Source of the DNA: Botryllus schlosseri
Lineage: Eukaryota
DNA length: 64,000 nucleotides
Direction of reading: 5' to 3'
Assembly: GCA_051294905.1 (NCBI GenBank)
Contig: CM119372.1
Coordinates: 36,148,001-36,212,000 of the forward strand
Positions 38,692-51,591 of this stretch are shown here, piece by piece. The translations under genes and the position numbers were made by a program. Positions within the stretch are counted from its first letter, which is position 1. The number at the start of each line of letters is the position of its first letter. The notes beneath the pieces were generated by a model, which made no database searches, had not been told where the DNA came from, and saw nothing but the letters and a program-made list of their open reading frames with translations.

Positions 38692-39974
38692 TAGGGTTGG
38701 ATTATCCGGATAACGGTTAACCGGTTAACCGCAGGTATTTTCACTATCTGATATCCGGATATTTTTCTGCCGGTTAACCGGATAAAAAAGAATCGATGCT
38801 AATGCATTTTACACATTTTAGTAAGCTTCAATAAGTCGTATTCAGTGTTGGCGCGGCCGATTAACAAGAAGCGTGTTGCCAATTAGCGAGATGCGTCTGT
38901 ACACATTGCACAATGTAATGTGACGCGATCTCCTGCTGAGAAGATCGTTAAATTAGGTCATTGATTGCCGCGCGCTCGGCTATCGTCTCTGGCTTGATTT
39001 ATCGCGTCTTCAACAAGCCGATAGTTCCACTGGATTGAAGAATCGCATCTGCGATAGGCCATGTGCAGTGTACACACTATTCCATCGCTGGCCTGCACAA
39101 TCGCATCTTCATTGGCTTGGTGCTCACGATATTATCGTTGACCTACACAATCGCATCTGCAATAGGCCTACGAACGATATAATCGCTGGCCTAACCATCT
39201 CGGACCCAGCATGCATTGGCTCCTATCTCTCCATGGCTTGTTGACGATATGCCGTTAAGTGTATTCTAATTAGTGATTCTGAGAGTGACACCGCGAAACT
39301 GAATGACATCGAATGTTCGCAAAAATGTGCGTGCGTGCAAGCGTAATTGATTTCCGCTGATGATTAATTTGAAAAAAAAGATCGAAACCCCCTGATTTTA
39401 TTTCAATCCCCCTACATTTTCGGCTGGCTGCGTGCCTGATCACGTGAATTAGAGCGAGGTATCATGTCGGCATCAATTCCAGTATCAGCTAGTCGTCTTT
39501 CTAGTACTCCAAACCTAAACATAAGGATGGTCAAAAGGATGTAAAGCCGTTGAAGTTTCCGGCGTACGACCTGCCAACCTTTTGACTCTCTACGAAGCGC
39601 TGCTTTCTATTCAGCCCACTTCTGTGGAAGCTGAAAAAGCATTCTATGAACGTGGACTCTTTGTTACAAAATTCCGGTCCCGGCTACAGGATCCCACAAT
39701 TGATGCATCTGTGCTTTATAGAGTCGGCATTGCAGAAGCAGTGAACATTAAATTTGCGTGGTTTTTCTCGTATTCGCTCATACTGCGCGCGTAGGTAGGT
39801 TCTCTACAATAACACTGTGTAATGATTTTGCGATCCGTTTTGCATGCAGACCTAATGAAATCGATTGTCTCACTTAGCAGTTATTATCCGGTTAACCGGT
39901 TAGATAAATTCCAAAATATCCGGATAAATCCGTTATCCGGATAGTGAAAATTATTGATATCCGAACTAACCCTA
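38692..39974 (+). mobile_element. Internally deleted hAT element with a dimerization-domain remnant
   Basis: TIR tagggtt / aacccta; TSD gttcacat; ATCCGG/TAACCG repeats. 39582-39710 encodes LLSIQPTSVEAEKAF..GLFVTKFRSRL (hATC-like). Confidence 0.88.
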
Positions 39975-40127
39975 GTTCACATATTGTTGGGGACTGCCTA
40001 ATTGCGTCGAGCAAGTGCGACGGTGACGACATCGAGCCATGTAACGGGTTAAGAAATGCCGCGCAGCCGCGACAGCTGAAGCGTGAAGGTCCTGTGGAAA
40101 TTTCAATAAATTGCAGCTCCATTACGG

Positions 40128-41465
40128 TAGGCTTACCATACGTCCTCTTTTAAGAGGATTTGTCCTCTTTTTTGACTTTTATGAAAGTGTCCTCGGAGGA
40201 CGGCCTTTTGTCCTCTTTTTTGAGATTCTGTCCTCTTTTTCGAAAATTTGGGTCAGACTTAAAGCAAATTCCGAGTGATATGCCGCAAATTAGTACAGAA
40301 GTGACGCTCCGGAGGGTAGTGGAGATGTGGTACCGATGGATCACTGGGACCGAAAATACTTGAAAAAGTCTCCATGATAATTCCATGATTACACTCCGTG
40401 AATTTGTCTACAATTGCATGCTGATAGAATCTTTCCTCACATGCAAAAAAATCGACCTGCGTGAGTTATGGGGTCTGTGACGAATGATTTACGTTTTAGG
40501 GGGTGTAAAGTAAATTTGGATCGACATTTGCATTTTTCTACATCACCTTTCAGACTAACAAACCCACCATAATTTTTGATATGAAATATAGGGCTTGTAT
40601 CAGGGTATATAATGGCACATATTTTTTTGAATCAATACCATCCTCGAGTGGACTATTTTCAATTCAATTACAATATTTATAGGGTGGGGGACCTTTGGTA
40701 CCATAGCCAAAACAAGCAAAATAGATGGACGAACTAATCACTTAACAACAGAAACACGCCTACATATATAGAGGCTGTATATCAAAGTTACCTGTGGTGT
40801 TTTATCGCTTTAATACGAGGTATTTGTAAGTCAAAATGTCGATTTGCGGGTAATATTATGTGGCATTAATTTTGTAAGTTTGAGCGTAAATTAAAACATG
40901 ATTTTATGCCAACATTTGAGTTGATATAATCCATTTTATTCTTGAAGGTCGCGACCAAACATTCTTCATTGGCTTGCTGCAACTTAGCTTATAGTACACA
41001 ACAAAAAAAGCCAACGAATTTGAGTTTTTGAGCGTATGTCTCATAGGTCCCATGGTCGTGTGCCTTTGGACCCACCGGGTGGGGACCGATGACACGTTCG
41101 AGCAACAAATTTTAAACGATAATAAATATTTTTTGAAAAGGTGGATATTCATCTAAATGTCCGCGATAGGTAGAGCTTGTATCGAAGTGTTGAGACAGCA
41201 AAAGATCTGCTATTATCGGCTGAAGATTTGAGGGCCAGAGATCATTTTGCAATTTTTGATCCATCGGTACCACATCTCCCCTATTTCGGAGCGAAATACG
41301 CTATATCGAGCTCCGAACGGAAAGATGACTTTTTTTATTTTTTTTAGTCAACCGGTCACAAAGTGGGAAAAATTCACCGGTTTTTGTAAATTCTACTCCA
41401 GTTTTGTAAGTCTCAAATTTCTAAATAGTGTCCTCTTTTTAGATTTCCAAAATATGGTAAGCCTA
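40128..41465. mobile_element. AGAGGAC-repeat hAT MITE inserted in the Kolobok-like TIR
   Basis: TIR taggcttaccata; perfect TSD cattacgg. Confidence 0.9.
40319..41281. mobile_element. TA-flanked (Tc1/mariner/pogo-like) MITE, innermost in the nest
   Basis: TIR g(t/g)ggagatgtggtaccgatggatca at both ends, each bounded by TA; absent from the 27469-27996 copy of the host. Confidence 0.75.
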
Positions 41466-43618
41466 CATTACGGTGGCGTTCTGAAGAAAATGGCTGCGGC
41501 GTTTTGCTTTCAATTTGACACCACATCATTTTTAGAGTGCAATGCCCCTTTAAGGATTGCACTGTGTGTTCATTGATCAGAGAGAAGCAGACATAGCGGC
41601 GCCTATATGACAATGCTGTTCTCAAATCCACATTGTCATCGTCATTATTGGCGAGAAACGGCTATGAAGTGACATTGCTGTCGATAAAATACATTCATTA
41701 ATTACTATTTATTCCTTGTATATGTGGAAAAATGGGCGAATAATGTATCGATTTAGCAATCCGGCACGCCAAGTACATAATTTTCCTATATCCGGCTAGC
41801 CGACTGAAGAAGTTGCCCGCTCCTGCTATATGCGTATGTCTTTGGGTAAATCTCATACCTCTGAAACCACCCCAAGGATATATTTAGTGCAATTTCGTCG
41901 TGCTAGGGAATCTTACTTATTTGCAATCTCGCCTACGTCCCATTATGAATTCACCTGACAGGTGCACTAATCTGGTTCCACGCAAACGAAAGTTATTGAA
42001 TAAATAAATACATGCTGGCTGTAATGAGATTGCAACGCCGGTCAAAGCCGTTATGGCGGCAGGTATATGTGTGTCCAAGCTGTTTTCTCTGCTCTCATGC
42101 TGCTGCATGAAACCATATGGAAGCGTATGTGGAAATGAAATCCAGTATAGATAAAGGAATGTTTCAAAGTTAGAATACGGAGTTAATGAAGCGTTCTATT
42201 TACATATTGTTCGGGCACGGTCTTGCTTGGCAGAGGTAGTTGGACTTCATGCTCACAAGCAATTACGTCATAGATAACAGTGAAATGCAGCTAACACATC
42301 ATTAGTACTTTGTTAAGCAAATCAAAGAAAATAGAACCATACTAGAAGTAGTTTATTGCATGTTTTTAAATTTCTCCGTTACATTTTTACGCAATATTTG
42401 TTGAAAGTTGCGGTAATAATTGGCCTGAAAAATAGAGAAAAGCTGCAAAAAGTTGCACTATAAAATCACTCCAAACAGCTTAAAACATCATAGTACATAC
42501 ATTCTGAGTATCTAGGAAGCTTTCGGAAGCTGTAAAAAACGTGCCCTAGTCATAACCCTAGTGCAGGGGTCACCAACCTGGTTCCCGCGGGCACAAAGTA
42601 GCATGCGAGGACCAGATGAGTGGCCCGCGAGCCTTCTCTAAATATAGATTGAATAGCAGCATTTGCCAATATTCGTCAGATTATCACCAGTTAGCTTTAA
42701 ATATATAAATTGAGTGATTTAGCTATTCTTGTTTAAATTAAATTATAACATGTGACTTAGAAATGACAATACATATATATAAACACCTAAAATTATGATA
42801 TAAAATATCCCCAATTAAAATTAGTAATATACCAACATGTAATAGAATAACAAGAGATCGAAGACGTAGAATACGGCGTAGGCTACTGCCCATACATGCG
42901 ATATTATGGTTTGCCATCCACTTTCTTCTTAAAATAGTGGGGGGCTCAGTTATAGTAGCCTGACGTCCCGGACAATGCCGAAGTAGTAAACAACATTACT
43001 ATCCGGTAGCACATAGCGGTGACGTAGCCTATTAGCAGATGCAGTATGCCCATTACGTATTGTATCTTTTGACACAGCTTGTCTTTCTTACACTCAACGC
43101 AGCTTATAGTAGGCTACCATGTTTTTAACTTTCTGTAATCGATGCTGCTGTCAGGTATAATGAAATCTGTCATGTCTGGATGCTGAACGGTCCGAGATTG
43201 AAATTGTACCACTGCAAAATCACTTCCACCCCAAAGCCCACAAGGCTGCAGCAAACTTTTGGTGCCTTGTTGACGCGGAAAAGTACAGTGGTGAATGCGC
43301 ATTGCGCACTTGCGCAGCAGCGATGAAGGTTGCAAGCATGTTTGGTTCAACTTATCGTTGTGTAGCAGCCTTTGCGGACACGACATTGATCAAAAAACAA
43401 ACACAGAAAACGCCTCACTAATGCACATTGCACTTCTGCAACACTCACTCAGAGTTGCAGTGTAAGTTACATACCAGAGTACAGCGCACTAGTTGATAGC
43501 ATTCAATGCCAGGCCTCTCACTGACTGGTATAGCAACAGATAACACGATGTCCAGTCTAACGTATGACGTGATTTATTTTAAAATCTGAGCTTACAGTTG
43601 TTTTATAATAATTTATTT

Positions 43619-44048
43619 GAAGAGCTTCTTGGAGGTACAGAACTTCAATATACAATTGAATAGTATATTCATATTTTAATGAACCCGAATATTTTCGGCT
43701 GACACTCGTCAGGGGTAATCGTCAGCAACTAGTGGAGAAATGGAAAGAACATTGTATATCAACAATCGTATCACAAAATATGACGTCACCTGCATGAAAT
43801 TTCGTGAATGGGAGAGCGTTCAATGTACTATTTTTAGGTGGTACACGAACTCCTTTTGTTGACATAGTTTTGGTTGGTGTATTTTGATAAAAGTCGACTC
43901 CAAGGCACACAAATGGAATAGTGAACGGCCTCGCCCAACGATTCGAAATCGGTCGTCTCGATAATTATTCGCACAAATCGGATTATCTAACAGATGTTTG
44001 CCGATGGCAGAATTGATGGCCTTTGATCGATCAGCTTCAATCTTAAGT
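43619..44048 (-). mobile_element. Solo 3' fragment / pseudo-LTR of the same Penelope family
   Basis: Reverse complement matches the GIY-YIG C-terminus and 3' UTR, and ends at the same ...ccaagaagctcttc terminus as 62076. Confidence 0.92.
43681..43726 (-). ncRNA. Hammerhead ribozyme motif, third copy
   Basis: Identical to 60031-60076, although the neighbouring coding part of this copy has many substitutions. Confidence 0.78.
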
Positions 44049-47000
44049 CGCGAATAGTTCGCCGGACCGATACCTGAGCGCTGATTTCCTATATCTCAGT
44101 TCAATTTGCGCGTACATTTAACAAAAATTTTCAAAGAAGAGGACATTTGGGTGTCTTCCAGGGACACTTTCAAAGGTGTCAAAAAGAGGGCAAATCCTCT
44201 TAAAAGAGGACGTATGGTAACCCTAGTTAAAACATTTTTATTACTGCCGTACTGAACGCCCTTCATTTAGTGACCGTGCAACAGAGGTGTGGAACTTAAC
44301 TTCGGTCGCGGGTCGGATTTAAACGTTTTGATCGGTTACGGACCGGACGAGATAAATGATACCAAATTGCTAACCTCCAAATCAATCCAAACCTTTATTT
44401 TTCATTGGTATGCTTTATTATCAAGCATCTCTACACATATACATAATATTACGGATCATAGGGCACTATTCCGCAATAGCTTTATTCGCAAACAACGAAA
44501 TTGGCAGCGATACTATTATTTTTCCACGGAATACAGTTATAAACAACTAAAATAGTAACGATATGAGTTGACACAATTCTATTCTCATCCTCTGCTTCGG
44601 TCATGCGTATGCGATGTGAAGAATACTAGAGATTTAACTGTAAATGCATAGGTCTTGGAATTTGGTTCATTTTTATTAAATCACCATTCTGACTGCAAAA
44701 CTATTATTTGAAATCCCGAATTTTGTTGAAAATGTGCTGGATAATAATGTATCGGGCCAAGCATTTCACCATTTGCTCAGGATTGCTTCGCGGGCCGCAT
44801 GAAATAGTGTGGCGGGCCGTATGTTTCACATCACTACATTTTAGTGTATAAGCTACAGTAGAGTTACCTTATTTCTGCAACCCAAATTCCGTACACTCTT
44901 TAGCGGCCACTAGTGGATTTCAAAATTAGTTATGACGTCACACTAGCAAAGCTTTGCTCATGGACCAGAGGTGGTCACGATCCGGTTCAGGAGTATGTGG
45001 CTGACTGGCTGTGTGTTGTGTAACCGGGACCGAAAGTACATGTTTTCAGCCCCTTCCCGCCCAAATAAACACACTATAGGGTCATCGATGCAACTTCTGG
45101 GGGGGTGTCTGTTATATGAATCAGGTTTCTATATGAATGAATTCTGTCAATGATATTGGTTGTTCCATATATTACTATATAGATCCTCCACCCGCCCACA
45201 TGATGGGTGTAGGATGATGAGTTCGAAAACACAGGGAGCGTATAAATTGCACATCGTTAGGTCATGTTAAATTGTTCATGTCCTACCGATACGTTTGTCA
45301 GCCTTATGCCGGTGCGCACAACTGAGCTCTATAAACAACCCCATATTCAGTGGTTTCCAACCTTTTATGGTCGCGCCACCATCTCTAATTTGAAAATGTT
45401 CCGTGGCCCAGATCAAAATTTGACGAGCTGATTACAAAAAGAAGTCAGCACCTTTGCCCAGACATATTCATGGGCTACTTTGGAAGCTGATTACGTTCAT
45501 CATATTCGCAAACCCCATAATAAAGGCAAACGACCCCCCCCCCCGCGTTTGGAACCACTATCTTTGAATAAAGCATTTAAACGGCCTTAACGATCTCTAG
45601 GAATATACCGTTCTCTCATAATTGCGATTACAATTAGGCTTATTCCAGTAATGAAGGTTGTTTTTATTTATATTTTATTTCATTTTTTGCGAAGTTGGTA
45701 GTCATCATATTAAATTCAATAAATGTAATGGTAAATCTCGCGCAGCGCGAATAAAAATATCATGCATCAGCATAAATATTCCCAAAAAATATTGTTTTAA
45801 GGCTGATTTAAGAAAAAAATATTATGAGTCAACGTCAAGTCTTCAAAATTCCGGACATTTGGCATATTTTAGAAATTCCTCCCGGACGCTAGTTTGAACA
45901 GTGAAATTCCGGACATGTCCGGGAAATTCCGGACGTATGGCAACCCTAAGCTACAGTCATAAACCGAATACTACCTAACATAATTTTACAAATCTTACTT
46001 CAATACCCTACGACTAACTGGCGTTCCACTTGAGTGGCTCTCACGTGCAACAGTTTGAGAGCCACTAACTCTATTCAAATCGACAAAACAGCAAATGAAA
46101 TCTTGTCGCTAGAGCATATCTATTTCATAGTGAAGTTTTACTGCTACTGTCAACCTCGCCATAATTGTCAAGCACAATATATCAACAGTCAACAATGTTT
46201 AACATTAATTTAATTTACGTTAACCGAACCGAACGCGGCGCACACATACATCAAATTAATAACGACGGGATCACTTCCTTACTACTTTCACTCACCGCAA
46301 ATTTTGACTCGAGTCAAGTCATGTTGCTTCAATTCCAATTAAAATCAACTTCCAGTTCAAGTCACGGGTCAGGTCACGCAAATTTGCAATGCCCAGTCGA
46401 CTTATTGCAAATTTACGATTTCGAATAAATTTCAAATCAGAAATTATTCACAGTTTGTGTCGTTTGAATATTGTGCTGATGGCCGGATGCAGGCACAGAT
46501 GACAAGATGTCAATAAACTTAAAAAAACTTCCGGTTATTCCATTTTAACTACTAATTCGACATCAGTCGTGGGTTTACTGTTGTAGGTTGCTGAGAATGT
46601 TGCTCAAATGCTAAATAATCCGGAGAAATAAATCAAATTAGGCGAAATTTATTGACTGGAATGTTGCATGAAAGACCATAGGCAGCCCGAATTTATATGT
46701 GTGGAGGAGAGAAACTATTTCATCCGGGATATTTGGAGAGTGGGAAATGGTTGAGAAAGGGCTAGATGTAGTCCTCAATAAAACAACATATTAATCAGCG
46801 ACAATCCAACTGAATGTTGAACGTTTGCGCCTTTGAGGTTATACGCAATCGTGCCTTCAAAGTCAATGCACACCATAAGTTCGAATTAGAATTCAACGAT
46901 GGACATCCAAAGTATCGCGCAAAGTACATCGTTAATTCAAATTTAACGTCCATTTTTGGTGGTACTGATTCCTACTTATTTACAATGCAGCATGTGGTCC

Positions 47001-48469
47001 ACATTGGATTCAAGCATCCGTGGCATATGTGCGCTTATCTAGAACCACTCAAACGATATATATTGAGCAAACGAATACATGCTGGCTGTAATGAGATTAT
47101 AATGCCAATCAAATCCATTACGACGGCAGGTATTGATATGTCCCAGCTGTTTTATCTGCCCTCTCGCTTCCGATGAAATCCTAACCACATAGGTATGGAA
47201 ATAAAAATCCAATCCAGTAGATACCCGTTCCTATCGATCTCGTGGTATCATCTATCATAGTAAGACTAAGAGGTTCGGAATGCTATGCGAGGTGGAAAAC
47301 TTCAAAATTTTCTTGATAAAATGTTTCCCTGTGACGAGTCATTGCGCATATACGTCGAGTCCGATTCAAGTGAAGTCTATTTAGAGTATAATGATTCGAG
47401 TAGAGCAAGTCATTCAAAAGACCTGAGTCTATTAAAGTCTTGAACAGTGAACATGGCTACAGAATGACTTACGTCAGATCATCGTATCTGAAACAATACC
47501 CCCATGGATATGAAGTTTATTGGGGTGGTTCGAAGTATATCGATTAGGTTTGGTGCATAATGTGATAAGTTGGATTTGGTAGATGATCGGCTTTTTTGCT
47601 GTTGGACCTGGTATTGTCTGGTTACATAACGAGTTGGTAAAGTTTAGGAATATGCAATTGGTAACAGGTTTTCACACGAGGAAATGACTATGGAAACTTT
47701 GACCCGTCGATGTAGAGCGCTTATGAACAACCGAATCACCAGGATCCGGGATGTCCAACCTGCGGCCTGCAGAGCAAACATTTGCGGCCCGTGTAGAGGT
47801 GCTAATCTTGAAAGGTGTGCAGTGCACAAAGTGCGTTTCTATTAGCTTGTAGACTAGTAGGCATACGTTTTAGCTAAGCTCAGGGGAGCTCAGAGGCGGA
47901 AACAGGCTAACATTAATAACATATGCTAATGATGTCATGTGCATGAATATTTTTACACAATCTATTCGACGATTCGCGTGATTTACCTATTCAACTCCGG
48001 CTATTAAAATTAATATTCACGGATGTAGTCCGATCTCGAACAATGCGTATAGATCTAGCTCTAAATTCGACGTTTATCTACGTAAATGCGAATTTATACT
48101 CTGGATCCCAGTGGAGGCATGTACTGACGAACCCATGAAACAGCATCCCTTTAGACCAGCCATTCCCGAACTCTTGGCCCTGCCCCACCCCCACCCCCAA
48201 GGTAAGATCCATAGTTTGACTGAACTATGTAATATAAAAAGGAAATTAGTTAAAAGTTATTGATAATACTAGCAGAGCCATAAGTTACTTATTGAACTTT
48301 ACTTTACTTACTTTGTTTTACTTTTAAATTTATTATCAATAATATTTAAAGACTTCGCAATGGTGGCCCTGCCGAAAAAGAGAAGTACGATAAAAGTTAT
48401 ATTATGCTTGGCTTGGCTTGACAAAGGAGTGTGCAAGTCACAATGTGTTTCATTTTCAAATAGGCAAAG

Positions 48470-48600
48470 CGTACCCTATGAGCGTAATGAAATTGGCATT
48501 CGATTGCTGTTGCGTTTCTCATCAACATATCGTTGTGAATACGGGTTTTCAACAATGATACTTCTGAAGACAAAGCAGCGAAATCTATTGGATATAAAAT
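48470..48600 (+). mobile_element. Charlie/Buster hAT transposase C-terminal remnant
   Basis: LLLRFSSTYRCEYGFSTM..LKTKQRNLL matches the F-x-S/T-T-Y-x-C-E-x-G-F-S...K-T-K-x-R-N block. Confidence 0.75.
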
Positions 48601-50667
48601 TTAATGAAAATAACGTGGTGCTAGGGGTTTAATAAATAAAGCGTCATTGACGTTTCAAAATCTTCAAAGGGATCCACGTTATAACAAAGGTTTGGAGCCT
48701 CTCATTAGACAGCCCCAGCTTCACAATAAGTAGTTGAAAGTAAAAATCCAACATATAGTTATCGATGAATTGACCTTCACAATTCTGGATTCAACTTATT
48801 ACTCGATCATGACGTAACGTTCACACAATGGATGCCTTCCTCGCTTATACGGCAGCGCGAAAAGCACACTCTCCGGTTCAATCCGATATAGGCTCTCGGT
48901 GAACCAGGCTTGATAAGCATTGCTTGATATTCTTCGGGCGTATGTGTAAACCAGGGGCCGTGAAATTTGTTTGTAGAGGGAGCCATGATGGCCCTATATT
49001 TTCAATTGCCTTCCCCATAGAATCATGAACCAATTTGACGTTTGGCGTCTGTGACGTCACAATTGAAGATCTATGGCAACATCGTCATACCAAATCAAAA
49101 TTCACTACCGTCATTTCGAGTCACTGCAAATCTAAACACCAATCAAGTCAAGTCATTTAAAGATATGTCGAGTCGAGTCATGATCTGACCATTGTAATCA
49201 GATACTTATGGTGAGGTGAATTTCCAGTAAAATTTATAAAATTAAATTACGGAGAATAGTATTAACAGAATGCCTTTTTCAAATTTATTTAGTCTCCAGA
49301 TGCGAAATGGCTGCCAGAACCATTCCCGTAATATGACATAATTAGACGTAGATACCATGGGTAGTAAAACAACAACCACTTCAATATTGATTAGGTGCAA
49401 CTTATATGGTTGTGGCATCGGAGATATCTGTCTGAATTTTCAAATCATTGTTACCGCTATCACGTAGCAATTTCAAATACATATTAGAACTACTTCAAGT
49501 AGAACTAATAAATGAAAGGCCCGAAAGTACTCGGGTATGTAATAGTTTTTACAAGTAGATCAAGTGACATATACTTTTAGTGATAAATCGGAGGTGTGCT
49601 TGTATCGAAATTACAACATGTGTGTGATCAACGACTACAAATAAAGCAATTTCGGAAATATATACCAATACTGTGTGATACAGGGTTATTTTGCCCGTTT
49701 TTTATGGTGGTTTCATTGCCAAATTGTTCACAAAAGTTTAAGAAGCACCATGTTTTGATGTCAATAACTGTTGAATAGAAGTGAAAGTAGTCTGAAAATG
49801 AAACCACTTTAGAAAGTATTAGAATAGACTTGATTGAGCATACAGAAAAAAATATATAATACTTCATTATTGACCCGCTGTGGATACTGGGTGTGCACAC
49901 AGTTGCCTTATGATAAAATCAATGGCTGCATACGGCATAAAATCATTACACTGGTCTTTTATTAATGGATCAGCTGGAGCTGTGTGCGAATGGATGGGGA
50001 CGCTTTCCCCACGTCACTTATCCCGCCACAATTCTACTTCGTACTCTATACGTTGCTGATATGTTGCTGAATTGGCTTTGGATGATTTGTTTTCGCATAC
50101 GTAAAATATTATGAAAAAGCGATAGCGTTGTGTTGCTTCGCAGCGACGAATATTATTTGTCATAGTCAAAGTCATTATTTCAGGGAAGTTCAATTTTTGG
50201 TTAAAAGGGTCGCATGCGGTGTACGAATCATTTCGCGGGCAAATTTAAGTGTTGATGACCTCGATTACCAGCGGCTTGTTATAAATTTGGCCTTAACCCC
50301 GGCTATATGGTAAAAGACAATGGCAGAAAAATACTAATTTTTTTCTTGGAACGCAAGTTCACCACAAGCAACGTTGGCGATTGCTTTGATAATGAAGAGT
50401 AATTTCGAAAATGACTAACCGATCACTCGAAATCACTCATTGCTCGAGTGATGGCGGCGTTTGCATTAGTCTACCCAAACTTTGTTTTGATGTCTTTTAC
50501 AGATTACGGATAATGTTTCAATGGGCAGGGCACAGCGCATTATCTGGAGTTCCCTTTCCATACTCGATTTGCGATTGAATTTCTGCTGTGTATGGTTTTA
50601 CATTTATCGGCTCAATTTTCAGAAGTTTAATATCGTGTGATTGCAATTCACTTCCACAGTTAAACTA

Positions 50668-51591
50668 ATGGATTGTAGTGGACATTCCATTCGGCCGAAG
50701 TCGATAGACCTCACTAAATATACAAACAACGTCATCATATGCGACTGTGTATTGCTTGTAATCGCCGTCTACCTCTGTTCTGTTCACTGGATATATATTC
50801 ATTACATGCACAACTGCCAGGAATGTTGTGCGATATCGCGAAAGCTCACACAAAGTATTCTCCTGGCAGTCAGCTGCTCATTAATTGTTGCCTCGCTTAT
50901 CATGGATATTAATGTCATGGTAGATTGGAAAAAGCACCTCGCAGCGAAATCCGGTCACGGGACCTCTGTACAGTACTGCCCGAATATTGAACTGCTCTTA
51001 ATTGGCATGTTTGTTGTTTTTGCAACCGTACCAGTTTTGTTACACATCGTCACGTGGATGAGGCAGAGAGTATTCTATCGGAATTTGTTATTGTCTCATC
51101 TGTCAAACGGGATTTCAAGTTTCATAAGCAAATATTTTCTAATTCACGTTGTAGTGGTCCTCATTGTGGCTTTATCGCTATCGCTCATTCCCTACTGCGG
51201 AATTGTGTCGCTCATGCTACCTCCCTGGGCGATCCAGTGTCCGCTGTTGATTCTAGCCATCTATCCCTTGAGTAAAGCAGTTTATTTCAACCGGGCATCT
51301 AACTTACGAACCGATCGCACATACGTTCAACTTGCAAAAAGAATCACCCTCGCAACTTCGACATGCTTGGCGTCAGATACAGCTGTGGCGATATATATGT
51401 ACCGGTATTTCTCGCAGGAGTTATGGCCGCTCTTTTTCAACTTTAACCTGCTCCAAAATCTGATTTGTGTGAACTTGATCTCGAGCGATTGGAAACGCAG
51501 GTTGGTGCCTTGGGTACGCTCGTCACAAACATTCCAACGGAGAAGGGAAAGAATATCGTGTGTGGTGCGTGATTTTCGACCCCACCAGTGA
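50668..51591 (+). CDS. Orphan 7TM (GPCR-like) membrane protein, paralogue 4, 307 aa from the first ATG (MDCSGHS...)
   Basis: The ORF track starts at a TTG (50641). The first ATG is at 50668 and matches the MD start of paralogue 3. Motifs WMRQRVFY, LSHLSN, IQCPLLILAIYPL, CLASD, NLISSDWKRRLVP. Confidence 0.88.
   Translation: MDCSGHSIRPKSIDLTKYTNNVIICDCVLLVIAVYLCSVHWIYIHYMHNCQECCAISRKLTQSILLAVSCSLIVASLIMDINVMVDWKKHLAAKSGHGTSVQYCPNIELLLIGMFVVFATVPVLLHIVTWMRQRVFYRNLLLSHLSNGISSFISKYFLIHVVVVLIVALSLSLIPYCGIVSLMLPPWAIQCPLLILAIYPLSKAVYFNRASNLRTDRTYVQLAKRITLATSTCLASDTAVAIYMYRYFSQELWPLFFNFNLLQNLICVNLISSDWKRRLVPWVRSSQTFQRRRERISCVVRDFRPHQ

Larger units (their letters stand above)
38023..41549. mobile_element. 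Kolobok-like non-autonomous element with long TIRs
   Basis: TTAA TSD (38019-38022, 41550-41553). Purine-purine terminus aggggca(c/t)tgcactctaaaaatgatgtggt at both ends. Empty TTAA site at 53137-53140. Confidence 0.8.
37451..41825. mobile_element. Charlie-type hAT element, outer shell of a multi-level nest
   Basis: Perfect 8-bp TSD ctatatgc; termini ...cgggcaac / gttgcccg...ctg; paralogue at 52851-53948. Confidence 0.85.

Noticed and set aside
50641..50667. TTG start given by the ORF track for paralogue 4
   Set aside because: Eukaryotic context; the ATG at 50668 matches paralogue 3 and follows an acceptor-like AG.
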